This document shows positions 17,428 to 26,475 of a stretch of DNA of 32,000 nucleotides, one piece after another. The notes beneath the pieces are model-generated. The model made no database searches. It saw only the letters and a list, made by a program, of their open reading frames with translations, and had not been told where the DNA came from. The stretch comes from Tannockella kyphosi (GTDB taxonomy: Bacteria; Bacillota_I; Bacilli_A; Erysipelotrichales; Coprobacillaceae). The stretch lies in NCBI RefSeq assembly GCF_021054785.1, contig NZ_CP088239.1:1410001-1442000 (forward strand), given 5' to 3'. Position 1 is the first letter of the stretch; the number at the start of each line of letters is the position of its first letter. The translations under genes and the position numbers were made by a program.

Positions 17428-18432
17428 CTAATTTATGAATATTTGCTTAAAATTAAAGAAAAAACATCGAATAAATCGATACTTTATTAAAGTATGTTGT
17501 TCTACTATTTGGTTATTTTTTAATATATATAAGATATCATTATTGAATTGAATGGATACTTCATCATCTTCTAAGATATTGATTTCAATATCTTCTAATA
17601 AAATATAACGGTAAGAATCAATGTTTAGTATCCCTTTTTGTAATAATAATTTACTTTCATATAACTCATAGTATTCAATATACTTACTTTGATGAAATTC
17701 AAAATCATCCCCACAATTTAACGTAACAATAATTAATTCCATATTCTCTTTACTAGCAATCGTAACCAATGTCCTTTTTGCAAGAGTGGTATAACCAGTC
17801 TTACCACCTACACAATATTCATACATTTCTAATAGTTTATTTTTATTTATCCAAGTGCCATTCCCATCTAATCTTTGATATTCTTGAGTTCCTATTATTT
17901 CTTGAAAGATTGGGTTTTGATAACAATATCTCATTAAAATAGCCATATCATATGCACAAGATAAATTCCCATCATCTTGCTCATCTAATCCTGTTGGATT
18001 AGAAAAACTAGTATGTTCCATATTTAATTCTTTTGCTTTTTGATTCATCAATTCTACAAAACTACAAACATCACCAGCTACACTTTGGGCGATTACCAAT
18101 GCTCCATCATTCCCACTCCGTAAAAGTAATCCATACAATAAATCTTGTAAACTTATTTCATCTCCAATATGTACATATATCCCACTACCCCAGGCTTCAT
18201 TTACTATTTCATCTACTGTAATCATTGTGTCTAAAGATTGATTTTCAATTGCTATAATTGCTGTCATTATTTTGGATATTGATGCTACACTTTGAATATC
18301 ATACATATCTTGATTTTCTAAGACTTGTCCACTATCTCCTTCTATTACAACATAGCTATTTCCTGTAAATGCATAAATATTAATTGGTATTAGTAGATAC
18401 AAAAAAACAATAAAAGAAAACATATACTTCAT
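17428..18432 (-). CDS. D-alanyl-D-alanine carboxypeptidase (PBP5/S11 family)
   Basis: Motifs are SxxK (SISK), SxN (SGN) and KTG (GGKTGYT), with the signal-like N-terminus MKYMFSFIVFLYLLIPINIYA. I moved the start to ATG 18430-18432 because the GGAGGTG RBS lies inside the first codons of the track ORF (18447). Confidence 0.85.
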   Translation of the reverse strand: MKYMFSFIVFLYLLIPINIYAFTGNSYVVIEGDSGQVLENQDMYDIQSVASISKIMTAIIAIENQSLDTMITVDEIVNEAWGSGIYVHIGDEISLQDLLYGLLLRSGNDGALVIAQSVAGDVCSFVELMNQKAKELNMEHTSFSNPTGLDEQDDGNLSCAYDMAILMRYCYQNPIFQEIIGTQEYQRLDGNGTWINKNKLLEMYEYCVGGKTGYTTLAKRTLVTIASKENMELIIVTLNCGDDFEFHQSKYIEYYELYESKLLLQKGILNIDSYRYILLEDIEINILEDDEVSIQFNNDILYILKNNQIVEQHTLIKYRFIRCFFFNFKQIFIN

Positions 18433-18469
18433 GTCGATCACCTCCATAAAATATATGCTTTCTTTATAA

Positions 18470-19012
18470 TTAATTTCCTCTTTTATTTTTTTCTAGTTCT
18501 TTTTTTAATATTGTTAATGATTGTTTATCTAATTTACGAGGATTATCTAAATGATATTTTTTTGCCCAAGAAGAATAATTGATCTCAAAATAACGATACA
18601 AATCAACTTTATTAGGATATTTATTTATAGCTTCTAGAATCAATAAAGGATCTTCAAAATGTTCTACTTCTTGATAAAGTTGTTTGATTAATTCGATTCC
18701 ATCTTCTATTCCCATACTTTCAAACTGAATTACTTCATCCTTTAAAATAATATCTAAATCAAAAAAGAAACGCCCCAATCCGCCTTGTTCATTTTTAGAA
18801 AATAGGTGACTAAATTTTAAAACACGGACATTTTGAGCTGCAGTATGTACTCTTGTAACTAAAGATATTTTTACATGTAGGATATCTCTTAATGCAACTA
18901 CCTTATTTTGACCAAAGTATTGAATATATAAATAATCAGACTGGATATAAATTCTATTTTCTTCTTTTGTTTGGGGATGAAAATATACTTTTATTCTATT
19001 ATTAGTTTCCAT
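18470..19012 (-). CDS. Hypothetical protein (180 aa), no recognised family
   Basis: Strong RBS AGGAGG (rc of about 19018-19023) directly upstream of the ATG. The ORF is compact and non-overlapping, soluble-looking and has a Lys-rich C-terminus. I recognise no motif. Confidence 0.6.
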   Translation of the reverse strand: METNNRIKVYFHPQTKEENRIYIQSDYLYIQYFGQNKVVALRDILHVKISLVTRVHTAAQNVRVLKFSHLFSKNEQGGLGRFFFDLDIILKDEVIQFESMGIEDGIELIKQLYQEVEHFEDPLLILEAINKYPNKVDLYRYFEINYSSWAKKYHLDNPRKLDKQSLTILKKELEKNKRGN

Positions 19013-19104
19013 AAGTACCTCCTGACTTTTTTAAATCATACTTCTTTTGTTTTATAATTACAAGATTTGTTGCTCAAAGCTATTTATTATTGTTTTAAAG
19101 ATAA

Positions 19105-19914
19105 TTAAATTAGATTTAATTTTATAAATGCATCATGAATGGCATCTTCTCTAAAATCACAAACAACCATATCTGCTACTTCAATCAGTTCTTTTTTGGC
19201 ATTTGCAACAGCAATACCTATTTGTGCAAATTGAACCATTTCAAAATCATTCATACTATCCCCTATTGCAATAGTATCTTGTTGTTTGGCTCCCATATGT
19301 TCTAAAATAAGTTGGATAGCACTAGCTTTTGATAATTGATTTTTTAATATTTCTGCATCATTTATACCATGATTTATAAAAGTAAATTCATCTTTCAATA
19401 ATTCTTGTGCTTTTAATAAAGCTTCTTTTGTTTTTGAATTACAACATACTTTATGAATCGGTTCTCCTTGATATTCTTGAATATCTACCACATTATAAAC
19501 ACGCTTTATTTCTGTTATTTTCGATTCTATTTCTTTTTTTGTTAATTTAGAATGTTCAAAGAAAGAATAGATAATTCCTTCTGTCATATAAGTAGTATTT
19601 GTCCCTTCTAATCCATATCCTAATTGATATTCTTCTAAAACATCTCTTATTTTTTGGAGTACAGGAGATTCTAAGTAACTAGCATAAATACATTCCTCTT
19701 TTGTTACAATATAGCTTCCTCCAGCACAAATATAACCATCTAAATTTAATTGCTGACGCACTTCTGTCGTACTACATTTTGCTCTACCTGTACAAAGATA
19801 AACTCGATGCCCATTGCTTCTCGCTTTATCAATAGCTTCTTTGTTTTTTTGACTAACTTTATTTTCTTCATTTACTAATGTGCCATCAATATCTATGAAT
19901 ATATATTTCCCCAT
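19105..19914 (-). CDS. Cof-type HAD-IIB phosphatase (paralogue 1)
   Basis: Motif I is FIDIDGTL, motif II is CTGR, and motif IV is GDSMNDFEM. 269 aa. Its ATG overlaps the stop of the upstream paralogue (TAATG). Confidence 0.85.
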   Translation of the reverse strand: MGKYIFIDIDGTLVNEENKVSQKNKEAIDKARSNGHRVYLCTGRAKCSTTEVRQQLNLDGYICAGGSYIVTKEECIYASYLESPVLQKIRDVLEEYQLGYGLEGTNTTYMTEGIIYSFFEHSKLTKKEIESKITEIKRVYNVVDIQEYQGEPIHKVCCNSKTKEALLKAQELLKDEFTFINHGINDAEILKNQLSKASAIQLILEHMGAKQQDTIAIGDSMNDFEMVQFAQIGIAVANAKKELIEVADMVVCDFREDAIHDAFIKLNLI

Positions 19915-20744
19915 TATATTATCCCCATTTCTTTAAATACATGATAGATTGCATCATCTTTTGCATCTCTTGCGACCATATCACTAATATTCTTTAATGC
20001 TTGGCAAGCATTTCCCACTGCTATACCATAAGCAACATATTCAATCATTTGATAATCATTCATACTATCACCAATCCCAATAGTATCCTCTTGTTTTTTA
20101 TTTATAAAATCCAACACATGCATAATTCCAGTAGCTTTATTTGTTTTCTTTAAAATAATTTCACCATTAATAGTAATTGTTTGACTTAATTCATGAATCA
20201 CAAAAAAGAAATCTTTTTCTAATAACTTTCTAGGCTCTTCTAAAGAAGCCTCATCTTTACTAACAAAAGATATCTTATGAATATGTTCTTCTTGATAATC
20301 ATCCATGCTTTTTGACGTAAATTCATTATGAATAGCTTCTATCAATCTTGCCTTTTCAGAGTTTGGTTTATTTGTAATATCTTCTAAAAAATAATCTGCC
20401 ATATGTTTCGACATAAAAGTATGCTTTGTTGCTTCTAAGGCATATTCCATTTTATTTCTGTTAAAAATATCTAAAATATGATGCACTGTCTTACTAGGAA
20501 TATAAGAACTATGTATTTCTTTGCCTTCTACTTCTACATGTCCTCCGGCACTACAAACAATCCCATCAAATCCAATATTTATTATTTCTTTACTAATACT
20601 ACAAAGGTTTCTACCAGTACAAATAAAAACAAAATGACCATTCTTTCTAGCTTCTTTTATTGCTTGAACATTTTTCAAACTAACAGCTTTATCATGTTGA
20701 TATAATGTCCCATCTACATCTATAAATATAACTTTTTTATCCAT
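19914..20744 (-). CDS. Cof-type HAD-IIB phosphatase (paralogue 2)
   Basis: Motif I is FIDVDGTL, motif II is CTGR, and motif IV is GDSMNDYQM. 276 aa. Confidence 0.85.
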   Translation of the reverse strand: MDKKVIFIDVDGTLYQHDKAVSLKNVQAIKEARKNGHFVFICTGRNLCSISKEIINIGFDGIVCSAGGHVEVEGKEIHSSYIPSKTVHHILDIFNRNKMEYALEATKHTFMSKHMADYFLEDITNKPNSEKARLIEAIHNEFTSKSMDDYQEEHIHKISFVSKDEASLEEPRKLLEKDFFFVIHELSQTITINGEIILKKTNKATGIMHVLDFINKKQEDTIGIGDSMNDYQMIEYVAYGIAVGNACQALKNISDMVARDAKDDAIYHVFKEMGII

Positions 20745-20752
20745 ATTAGCAC

Positions 20753-21583
20753 CTATATCAACTCTATTGCTCTAAAAACATAATAAAGAGCATCTTCCCC
20801 TGCATCTCGAGCTACCATTTTACTAGCTTTCTTTAACTCATCAGGTGCATGTTTCATACTAACTCCATAAGCAACACTTTGAATCATTGGATAGTCATTC
20901 ATACTATCACCTAATCCAATCGTATTTTCGAATCCACAACCTAGATCATCTACTATTAATTGAATACCTGTTGCTTTACTAGTTCCATGTATGATTATTT
21001 CACCTACTAAATATTCACTACAAAATACAGAATGTTCAATGACAGTAAAATAGTCTTTAAACTCATTTTCTATTTTATTTAGAGCATCCTTCTTATTCGT
21101 TGCAAAGCACACTTTTTGAATACCTTGTCCATCCCAATCTTGCATTGGTACCGGACAAAATGATGCATAAGCCACATCCATTTCTTTTTGATAAACCTGT
21201 TGACTTAAATCTCTTTGTCCACCAATAAATCCATGAATAAAATCATCCGTTATATAGGTACATTTCGTACTTTCAAAAATAAAAGCAATTCCTTCTATTT
21301 CTAAAGCATCTTTTAATTTACGAACAACGGATGTATCAATCGTTGTTTCACTAATTATTCTTCCATTATTTTCTACGTATCCTCCTGCCGATAATACATA
21401 ACCATCACATTCAATCGAAGAAACATCTTCTCCTAAGCTACATTTTGCACGACCTGTACAAAAATAAACAAGATGACCATTTTCTCTTGCCTTTTTTATT
21501 GCATATCTGTTTTTTTCACTAACTAGTTTTCCAGGTAAACAAGTAGTTCCATCTACATCTAAAAAGATTATTTTTTTGTCCAT
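20753..21583 (-). CDS. Cof-type HAD-IIB phosphatase (paralogue 3)
   Basis: Motif I is FLDVDGTT, motif II is CTGR, and motif IV is GDSMNDYPM. 276 aa. Confidence 0.85.
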   Translation of the reverse strand: MDKKIIFLDVDGTTCLPGKLVSEKNRYAIKKARENGHLVYFCTGRAKCSLGEDVSSIECDGYVLSAGGYVENNGRIISETTIDTSVVRKLKDALEIEGIAFIFESTKCTYITDDFIHGFIGGQRDLSQQVYQKEMDVAYASFCPVPMQDWDGQGIQKVCFATNKKDALNKIENEFKDYFTVIEHSVFCSEYLVGEIIIHGTSKATGIQLIVDDLGCGFENTIGLGDSMNDYPMIQSVAYGVSMKHAPDELKKASKMVARDAGEDALYYVFRAIELI

Positions 21584-21666
21584 AACTTATCCTCACTAGG
21601 ACCATTCTAACAAAAAGCAAGGAAATAGAAAAGAAGATTATTGAGAAACAGTCTTCTTTTCTATTT

Positions 21667-21698
21667 ATGAAAAAAGGATGAAATTTCTTTCATCCTTT
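21667..21698 (-). terminator. Rho-independent terminator after the alcohol dehydrogenase gene
   Basis: AAAGGATGAAA (21673-21683), loop tttc, TTTCATCCTTT (21688-21698), followed on the minus strand by a U-run (rc of the A-run 21670-21675). A second long hairpin, ATAGAAAAGAAGA...TCTTCTTTTCTAT, lies at 21625-21664. Confidence 0.6.
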
Positions 21699-21709
21699 CA
21701 AGTTATTTT

Positions 21710-22768
21710 CTATTTCATGATTACTACTGGTTTAATTAAATCAGATGGTTTATCTTTCATTAAGTATAATGCTTCTTCAATATGTTCAAAGCCATCAAAT
21801 TTATGAGTTACTAACTTAGAAGGATCTACTCTTCCTATTTTTACCATAGCTAGTAGTTTTTCTAAACGATCACGTCCACCAGGCATTAATCCTCCTGCAA
21901 TTGTTTTATGACCCATACCACATCCCCATTCAACTCTAGGAATTCTTAAATATTCACCTTCACCTAAGTAGTTTACGTTACCAACAATACCACCTGGTTT
22001 CATTACTTTTACAGCTGTAATAAATGTATCATTATCTCCACCTGCAACAATTACTTTATCAACACCTTCACCATTTGTTAAAGCCATTACTTGTTCTTCA
22101 ATAGTACCATTTTTGTAATTAATAATATGAGTAGCTCCATATTCTTTTGCTATTTCAATACAATTAGGACGAGAACCTACCGCATAAATTTCGGAAGCTC
22201 CACGTAATTTAGCACCTGCAACAGCCATTAAACCTACTGGTCCAATTCCTACTACTAATACAGTTTCACCAAATTTAATATCTGCTAATTCAACACCATG
22301 GAATCCTGTTGGCATCATATCGCATAACATAACTGCACTAATATCATCTACTTCATCTGGAATATGTGCTAAGTTACCATCTGCATCATTAACATGGAAA
22401 TATTCAGCAAATACACCATCTTTAAAATTAGAGAATTTCCATCCTGCTAACATCCCACCTGAATGCATAGGGAATCCTTTTTGAGCTTCTACTGAATTCC
22501 AGTCTGGTGTAATAGCGGCCACTAATACACGATCGCCTTTTTTAAAATCAGTTACTAACTCACCTACTTCTTCTACCACACCTACTGCTTCATGGCCTAA
22601 GATCATATCTGTTCTTTCTCCCAAAGCACCAGCCCATACTGTATGAATATCAGATGTACATGGTGATACTGCTGTTGGTCTAACTAAAGCATCATTTGGC
22701 CCAATAGTTGGTATTTCTTTTTCTAACCATCCTGTTGAACCTATTTTCTTCATTGCATAACCCTTCAT
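21710..22768 (-). CDS. Zn-dependent, NADP-type secondary alcohol dehydrogenase (TbADH/CbADH-like), 352 aa
   Basis: From MKGYAMKK the protein is collinear with my recollection of the Thermoanaerobacter brockii and Clostridium beijerinckii enzymes (SPCTSDIH, GHEAVG, FHVNDAD, GSRP, EWGCGMGHKTI, KDKP.DLIKPVV). The start is set at ATG 22766-22768 because AGGAGG sits 8 nt upstream. The 28 extra codons in the track ORF cover promoter and operator sequence. Confidence 0.9.
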   Translation of the reverse strand: MKGYAMKKIGSTGWLEKEIPTIGPNDALVRPTAVSPCTSDIHTVWAGALGERTDMILGHEAVGVVEEVGELVTDFKKGDRVLVAAITPDWNSVEAQKGFPMHSGGMLAGWKFSNFKDGVFAEYFHVNDADGNLAHIPDEVDDISAVMLCDMMPTGFHGVELADIKFGETVLVVGIGPVGLMAVAGAKLRGASEIYAVGSRPNCIEIAKEYGATHIINYKNGTIEEQVMALTNGEGVDKVIVAGGDNDTFITAVKVMKPGGIVGNVNYLGEGEYLRIPRVEWGCGMGHKTIAGGLMPGGRDRLEKLLAMVKIGRVDPSKLVTHKFDGFEHIEEALYLMKDKPSDLIKPVVIMK

Positions 22769-22803
22769 TTTTATATCCTCCTTGTTTTTTATTATTTCGG
22801 CAT

Positions 22804-22823
22804 TTGTGATAAATTTTTCACAA
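22804..22823. promoter_or_regulatory. Perfect inverted repeat TTGTGA-N8-TCACAA in the adh 5' leader (candidate operator)
   Basis: ttgtga (22804-22809), taaatttt, tcacaa (22818-22823). It lies between the predicted -10 box and the RBS. Confidence 0.35.
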
Positions 22824-22840
22824 GTGTAACCGTTTACATA

Positions 22841-22869
22841 TTTATACACCATTTTTGTGTAAATTGCAA
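22841..22869 (-). promoter_or_regulatory. Candidate promoter of the alcohol dehydrogenase gene
   Basis: TTGCAA (rc 22864-22869), a 17-nt spacer, then TATAAA (rc 22841-22846) with an adjacent TG. Confidence 0.4.
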
Positions 22870-23043
22870 TAGTTTCGTCTTATTTAACGATATAAATATT
22901 AATTACACTCCTATATTTTAAAATATAACACATGTATTTATTTTTTATTGAACCCCGTTTGACTAGTCTTTTATAAAAACAAATATTAGAATTCGGATTA
23001 CTATTCTTTTTGATTTATGAATATTTCACATAATAGAAAGACA

Positions 23044-25233
23044 TTATAAAAAACAATCTTTTATATAATCATTTTCATAATCATCTAAATCTTCTAAATT
23101 ACCACAAGAGAAAAAAGTACTACTTCTACCTTCAAATTGTCCAAGATAAGTAGTGTTTACTAACATATTTTGGTTTAATTTTTGAATTGGCATAATACAA
23201 CGATATTTTAATTTATTTTTATCTTTCATTTTTAGAATTGGACAATTCGTACATCTTTCATTTTTACCATGTAATACTTGGTAACAAAAATCACCCTTTT
23301 TAACATTAGGAAATGCTTTTTTTAGTTCAACATTAAAATAAAGTAATTGTGCAGTTTCATCATCTATAATATAAGCATATGAATTTAGTTCATCTAAAAC
23401 ACGTAATTTATCTCTTGCCATCCTTTCTGAAGCCTTCATTAGAGAATTATATTTTAAAGATTGAGCAATGATTTTGCTAGCATGCATTAAGGTTGCTATT
23501 TCGATTGGACTCCAAATTCTAGCTTTTGTACAGTCATCAAAACCAATCATATTGACCACTTCTCCATCGAATTTATTAAAAGATATCAAAAATGATTGAA
23601 TGTTTTGTTCTACCATTATTTTTTGGATTGGTTCTCCTTGAAAAACAGATAAGTCATTACAATAGAAAACACCATCTTCATTTGAATTATTTATCATTGG
23701 TTGATAAATTTCTTTGGGTACTGATTTTAAATTATCTTTTTGAGAAATGAATCCTTGTTGACACCACTCATAGGTATTATCAAAATGATAAGAATCATCT
23801 TTTATAAACTCAAAAATATAACATCTTTGTGCATTAAAACGTCTTCCTAATAATTCTAATACTTTATTAATAGATGCCTCATAATCTAGTGCTTGTGTTA
23901 ATAAAGAAAAAATATCAGAAATAAGCTGTTTATCAAAATGTTGTGACAAAGCTCTAGAAGCCACATCAAAAGGTGTCGTATTATTCATATTCCCTTGAGA
24001 CATAGACGCTTGATAAAAACGATAAGCATTTTTGCCCCTGCTTTTTACATCATATAATGCCATATCAGAACAATCATATAAATCTTGAAAAACGAATCCA
24101 TCTTGAGGATATGTAGCTACCCCAATGCTTGCAGTAGTTTTATATTCTCTTGTTTTCCCTAGGAAAGTTTGGTTAAACTCAACAATAACTTGTTCTAAAT
24201 AATTTATGAGTTTTTGTTTTCCTTGCAAGCAAGGAACAAAAATCATAAATTCATCACCACCAATACGGCCAATATACTCCCCATCATGAAAAATAGTATG
24301 TAATTTATCACCCATTTCTTTTAATACCGTATCTCCATAAGGATGTCCTAAGTTATCATTGATTGTTTTAAAGTTATCCACATCTACAATAATAAGAGCA
24401 TGTTTATCATCTTGAGTGCTAGATGATAACTTTTCACTGACCATCATTTGGAAAGCATTTTTATTATAACAACCTGTTAATTCATCTGTGTGCATTTTTA
24501 TTTCTAATTCTTTTATTTCTTGCACATTAACAAATTCACCGACAATTTCAACTGGATTACCATATTTATCACGACTCACAACATATTTAGCTGTATACCA
24601 TAAAATAGTACCATCATCTGTATAGGTTCTAAAAACATGATCCGTGTGTATTCCTTGATACATGCATCTAACAACATCTCTAAATATTTCAATATCATCC
24701 TTATGAATAACACCGGCATGAATCACTTCTTCTGGATAATTTTTCATAATTGGAGCTACTTTAAAATGGGATAAAACAGGTCCAATAAAATGGATTTCTT
24801 TTTTTTCAATATTCAAACAAAACGGATAAGAAAAAGACATTGTATAGATTAACTCAAAACAACGATTTTTCATAAATACATATTGAACATCTTCTGGTTT
24901 ATAACGTAGCATAAAGTATAGTTGTCGATCACAGTCTTTTCCATGTGTGATATGTAAATCACCATGAACAGTCGACTCTCCATTCGTAATCATCTCCACA
25001 CTTTGAACAACGCATTCTTTATCCATATTGATAACTTGTTTTGCAATGGTATGATAACTTTCTTTAGCAACAATAACTTTCGATAATTCTTCAATCGACA
25101 TATCTTCATGAATAAGTTCCAAGTATTTACAAGCCTCATTACAATAAACCACTTTTCGAACATCTAAATCAACACAGATTATTGGTTCAATTAATTTATT
25201 ATGAATTTTTTGATCAAACAAATATTGCTCCAT
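23044..25233 (-). CDS. Multidomain diguanylate cyclase (PAS-like repeats, GGDEF, GAF-like, C-terminal Cys-rich PAS-like module)
   Basis: The GGDEF motif is RIGGDEFMIF, with DVDNFKTINDNLGHPYGD upstream. The start is moved to ATG 25231-25233 (MEQYLF) because the GGGAGGG RBS lies 7 nt upstream. Domain calls other than GGDEF rest on general sequence character only. Confidence 0.85.
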   Translation of the reverse strand: MEQYLFDQKIHNKLIEPIICVDLDVRKVVYCNEACKYLELIHEDMSIEELSKVIVAKESYHTIAKQVINMDKECVVQSVEMITNGESTVHGDLHITHGKDCDRQLYFMLRYKPEDVQYVFMKNRCFELIYTMSFSYPFCLNIEKKEIHFIGPVLSHFKVAPIMKNYPEEVIHAGVIHKDDIEIFRDVVRCMYQGIHTDHVFRTYTDDGTILWYTAKYVVSRDKYGNPVEIVGEFVNVQEIKELEIKMHTDELTGCYNKNAFQMMVSEKLSSSTQDDKHALIIVDVDNFKTINDNLGHPYGDTVLKEMGDKLHTIFHDGEYIGRIGGDEFMIFVPCLQGKQKLINYLEQVIVEFNQTFLGKTREYKTTASIGVATYPQDGFVFQDLYDCSDMALYDVKSRGKNAYRFYQASMSQGNMNNTTPFDVASRALSQHFDKQLISDIFSLLTQALDYEASINKVLELLGRRFNAQRCYIFEFIKDDSYHFDNTYEWCQQGFISQKDNLKSVPKEIYQPMINNSNEDGVFYCNDLSVFQGEPIQKIMVEQNIQSFLISFNKFDGEVVNMIGFDDCTKARIWSPIEIATLMHASKIIAQSLKYNSLMKASERMARDKLRVLDELNSYAYIIDDETAQLLYFNVELKKAFPNVKKGDFCYQVLHGKNERCTNCPILKMKDKNKLKYRCIMPIQKLNQNMLVNTTYLGQFEGRSSTFFSCGNLEDLDDYENDYIKDCFL

Positions 25234-25329
25234 AAAAATCCCTCCCAAAAGATCCTATATTTATCTTATCACTAGTTCCTTTAAATCACAATAAAAAACC
25301 ATAAAAGTCCTTATTTATTCGATATTTTT

Positions 25330-25363
25330 AAAAGCAAGTGGAACATTAGTTCCACTTGCTTTT
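25330..25363 (-). terminator. Strong hairpin terminator after the DUF5662-like gene (end of the scpA operon)
   Basis: AAAAGCAAGTGGAAC (25330-25344), loop atta, GTTCCACTTGCTTTT (25349-25363). The 11-bp GC-containing core is flanked by A/T runs on both sides, so it could act bidirectionally. Confidence 0.65.
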
Positions 25364-25376
25364 AAAGATGATTTTG

Positions 25377-25904
25377 TTATTTGGTTTTGTTTACATATTC
25401 TTTTTTTATATATTCTATTGTTTGATCAATATCACTATTTGCTAGATAGTTTAATAAATCTAACAGTATTTCATCTGTTTTTTCTTCAATAATATAATAG
25501 GGTCTTGTACGATTATAATAGATTAATGGATCATCTACTTTAAAATCTTTCCCTCGATAAACAATAGTAGCTCCAATACGATCTAAAAAAGACTCTATTA
25601 AATAACACATTGGCATTGGTGCCGCACTAGGTCCTTCTAAACCAAAGTCTACCCAATATTCCCAATGATGTTTATTTCTTCCCTTGTGATGTAACCAAGC
25701 CTCACTATAACCTTTTTCCATTCGTTCTACCCCATTAGGTGAACGTGTTCCATCAAAATATTTAGCTCCTGTAGCTAATTCAATAGGGCTGTATTTAGAC
25801 AAATCATGCAAAATTCCTTGTTTATATAAACCACAACGAAAACAAAGACGAGTAACATGATACTTATGTTTATTAATTACTTTTAGATGTTTTAATAAAG
25901 CCAT
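25377..25904 (-). CDS. DUF5662-like protein (family often mis-annotated as catalase)
   Basis: LHDLSKYSP...WLHHKGRNKHHWEYW is the His-rich pattern I associate with DUF5662. The start is set at ATG 25902-25904 (MALLKHL), with AGAGGAA upstream, 1 nt after the scpB stop. The track start (25946) would overlap scpB by 41 nt. Confidence 0.55.
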   Translation of the reverse strand: MALLKHLKVINKHKYHVTRLCFRCGLYKQGILHDLSKYSPIELATGAKYFDGTRSPNGVERMEKGYSEAWLHHKGRNKHHWEYWVDFGLEGPSAAPMPMCYLIESFLDRIGATIVYRGKDFKVDDPLIYYNRTRPYYIIEEKTDEILLDLLNYLANSDIDQTIEYIKKEYVNKTK

Positions 25905-25905
25905 A

Positions 25906-26475
25906 TTACATTTCCTCTTGATACTTTGTTTTAAACAGGTCTTCATCTTGTTCTATTTGAACAACATCTTGTAAATCAGGTAACTCATCCAATGATGTCA
26001 AAGAAAATGCATCCATAAATTCATTTGTTACTCCATATAAAATAGGCATCCCTAAAGAATCTTCTCTACCAACTTCTTTAATCAATGCTTTTGCAACAAG
26101 TTTACGAATCATAGTATCACTTCCTACCCCACGAATCTCTTCTACCTTTGATCTTGTAACCGGTTGATTATAAGCAATAATAGCTAACGTTTCTAAAGCA
26201 GCATTCGAAATAGTTGCACTTGTTTGTTCTACTAATTTTTGATAATACTGAAAATGTTCTGGATTTGTCGCTAATTTATACTTCCCACCAAAACAAACTA
26301 CTTGTATTCCTTTGATGTTTCTTTTATGATAAGCAGCTACAAAATCATCTAGTAAAGCCGTTGCTTGGGCTTTTGATACTTCTAATATTTTACTTAATTG
26401 AAGACAATCAATCCCTTCATCACCTACAATAAAAAGAATTCCTTCAATAGCATCTATATATTGTTGTGTCTCCAT
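25906..26475 (-). CDS. scpB: Segregation and condensation protein B
   Basis: 189 aa. IEGILFIVGDEGI, ALETLAIIAYNQPVTRSKVEEIRGV and MPILYGVT are typical ScpB winged-helix segments. It lies immediately downstream of scpA with a 1-nt overlap. Confidence 0.9.
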   Translation of the reverse strand: METQQYIDAIEGILFIVGDEGIDCLQLSKILEVSKAQATALLDDFVAAYHKRNIKGIQVVCFGGKYKLATNPEHFQYYQKLVEQTSATISNAALETLAIIAYNQPVTRSKVEEIRGVGSDTMIRKLVAKALIKEVGREDSLGMPILYGVTNEFMDAFSLTSLDELPDLQDVVQIEQDEDLFKTKYQEEM

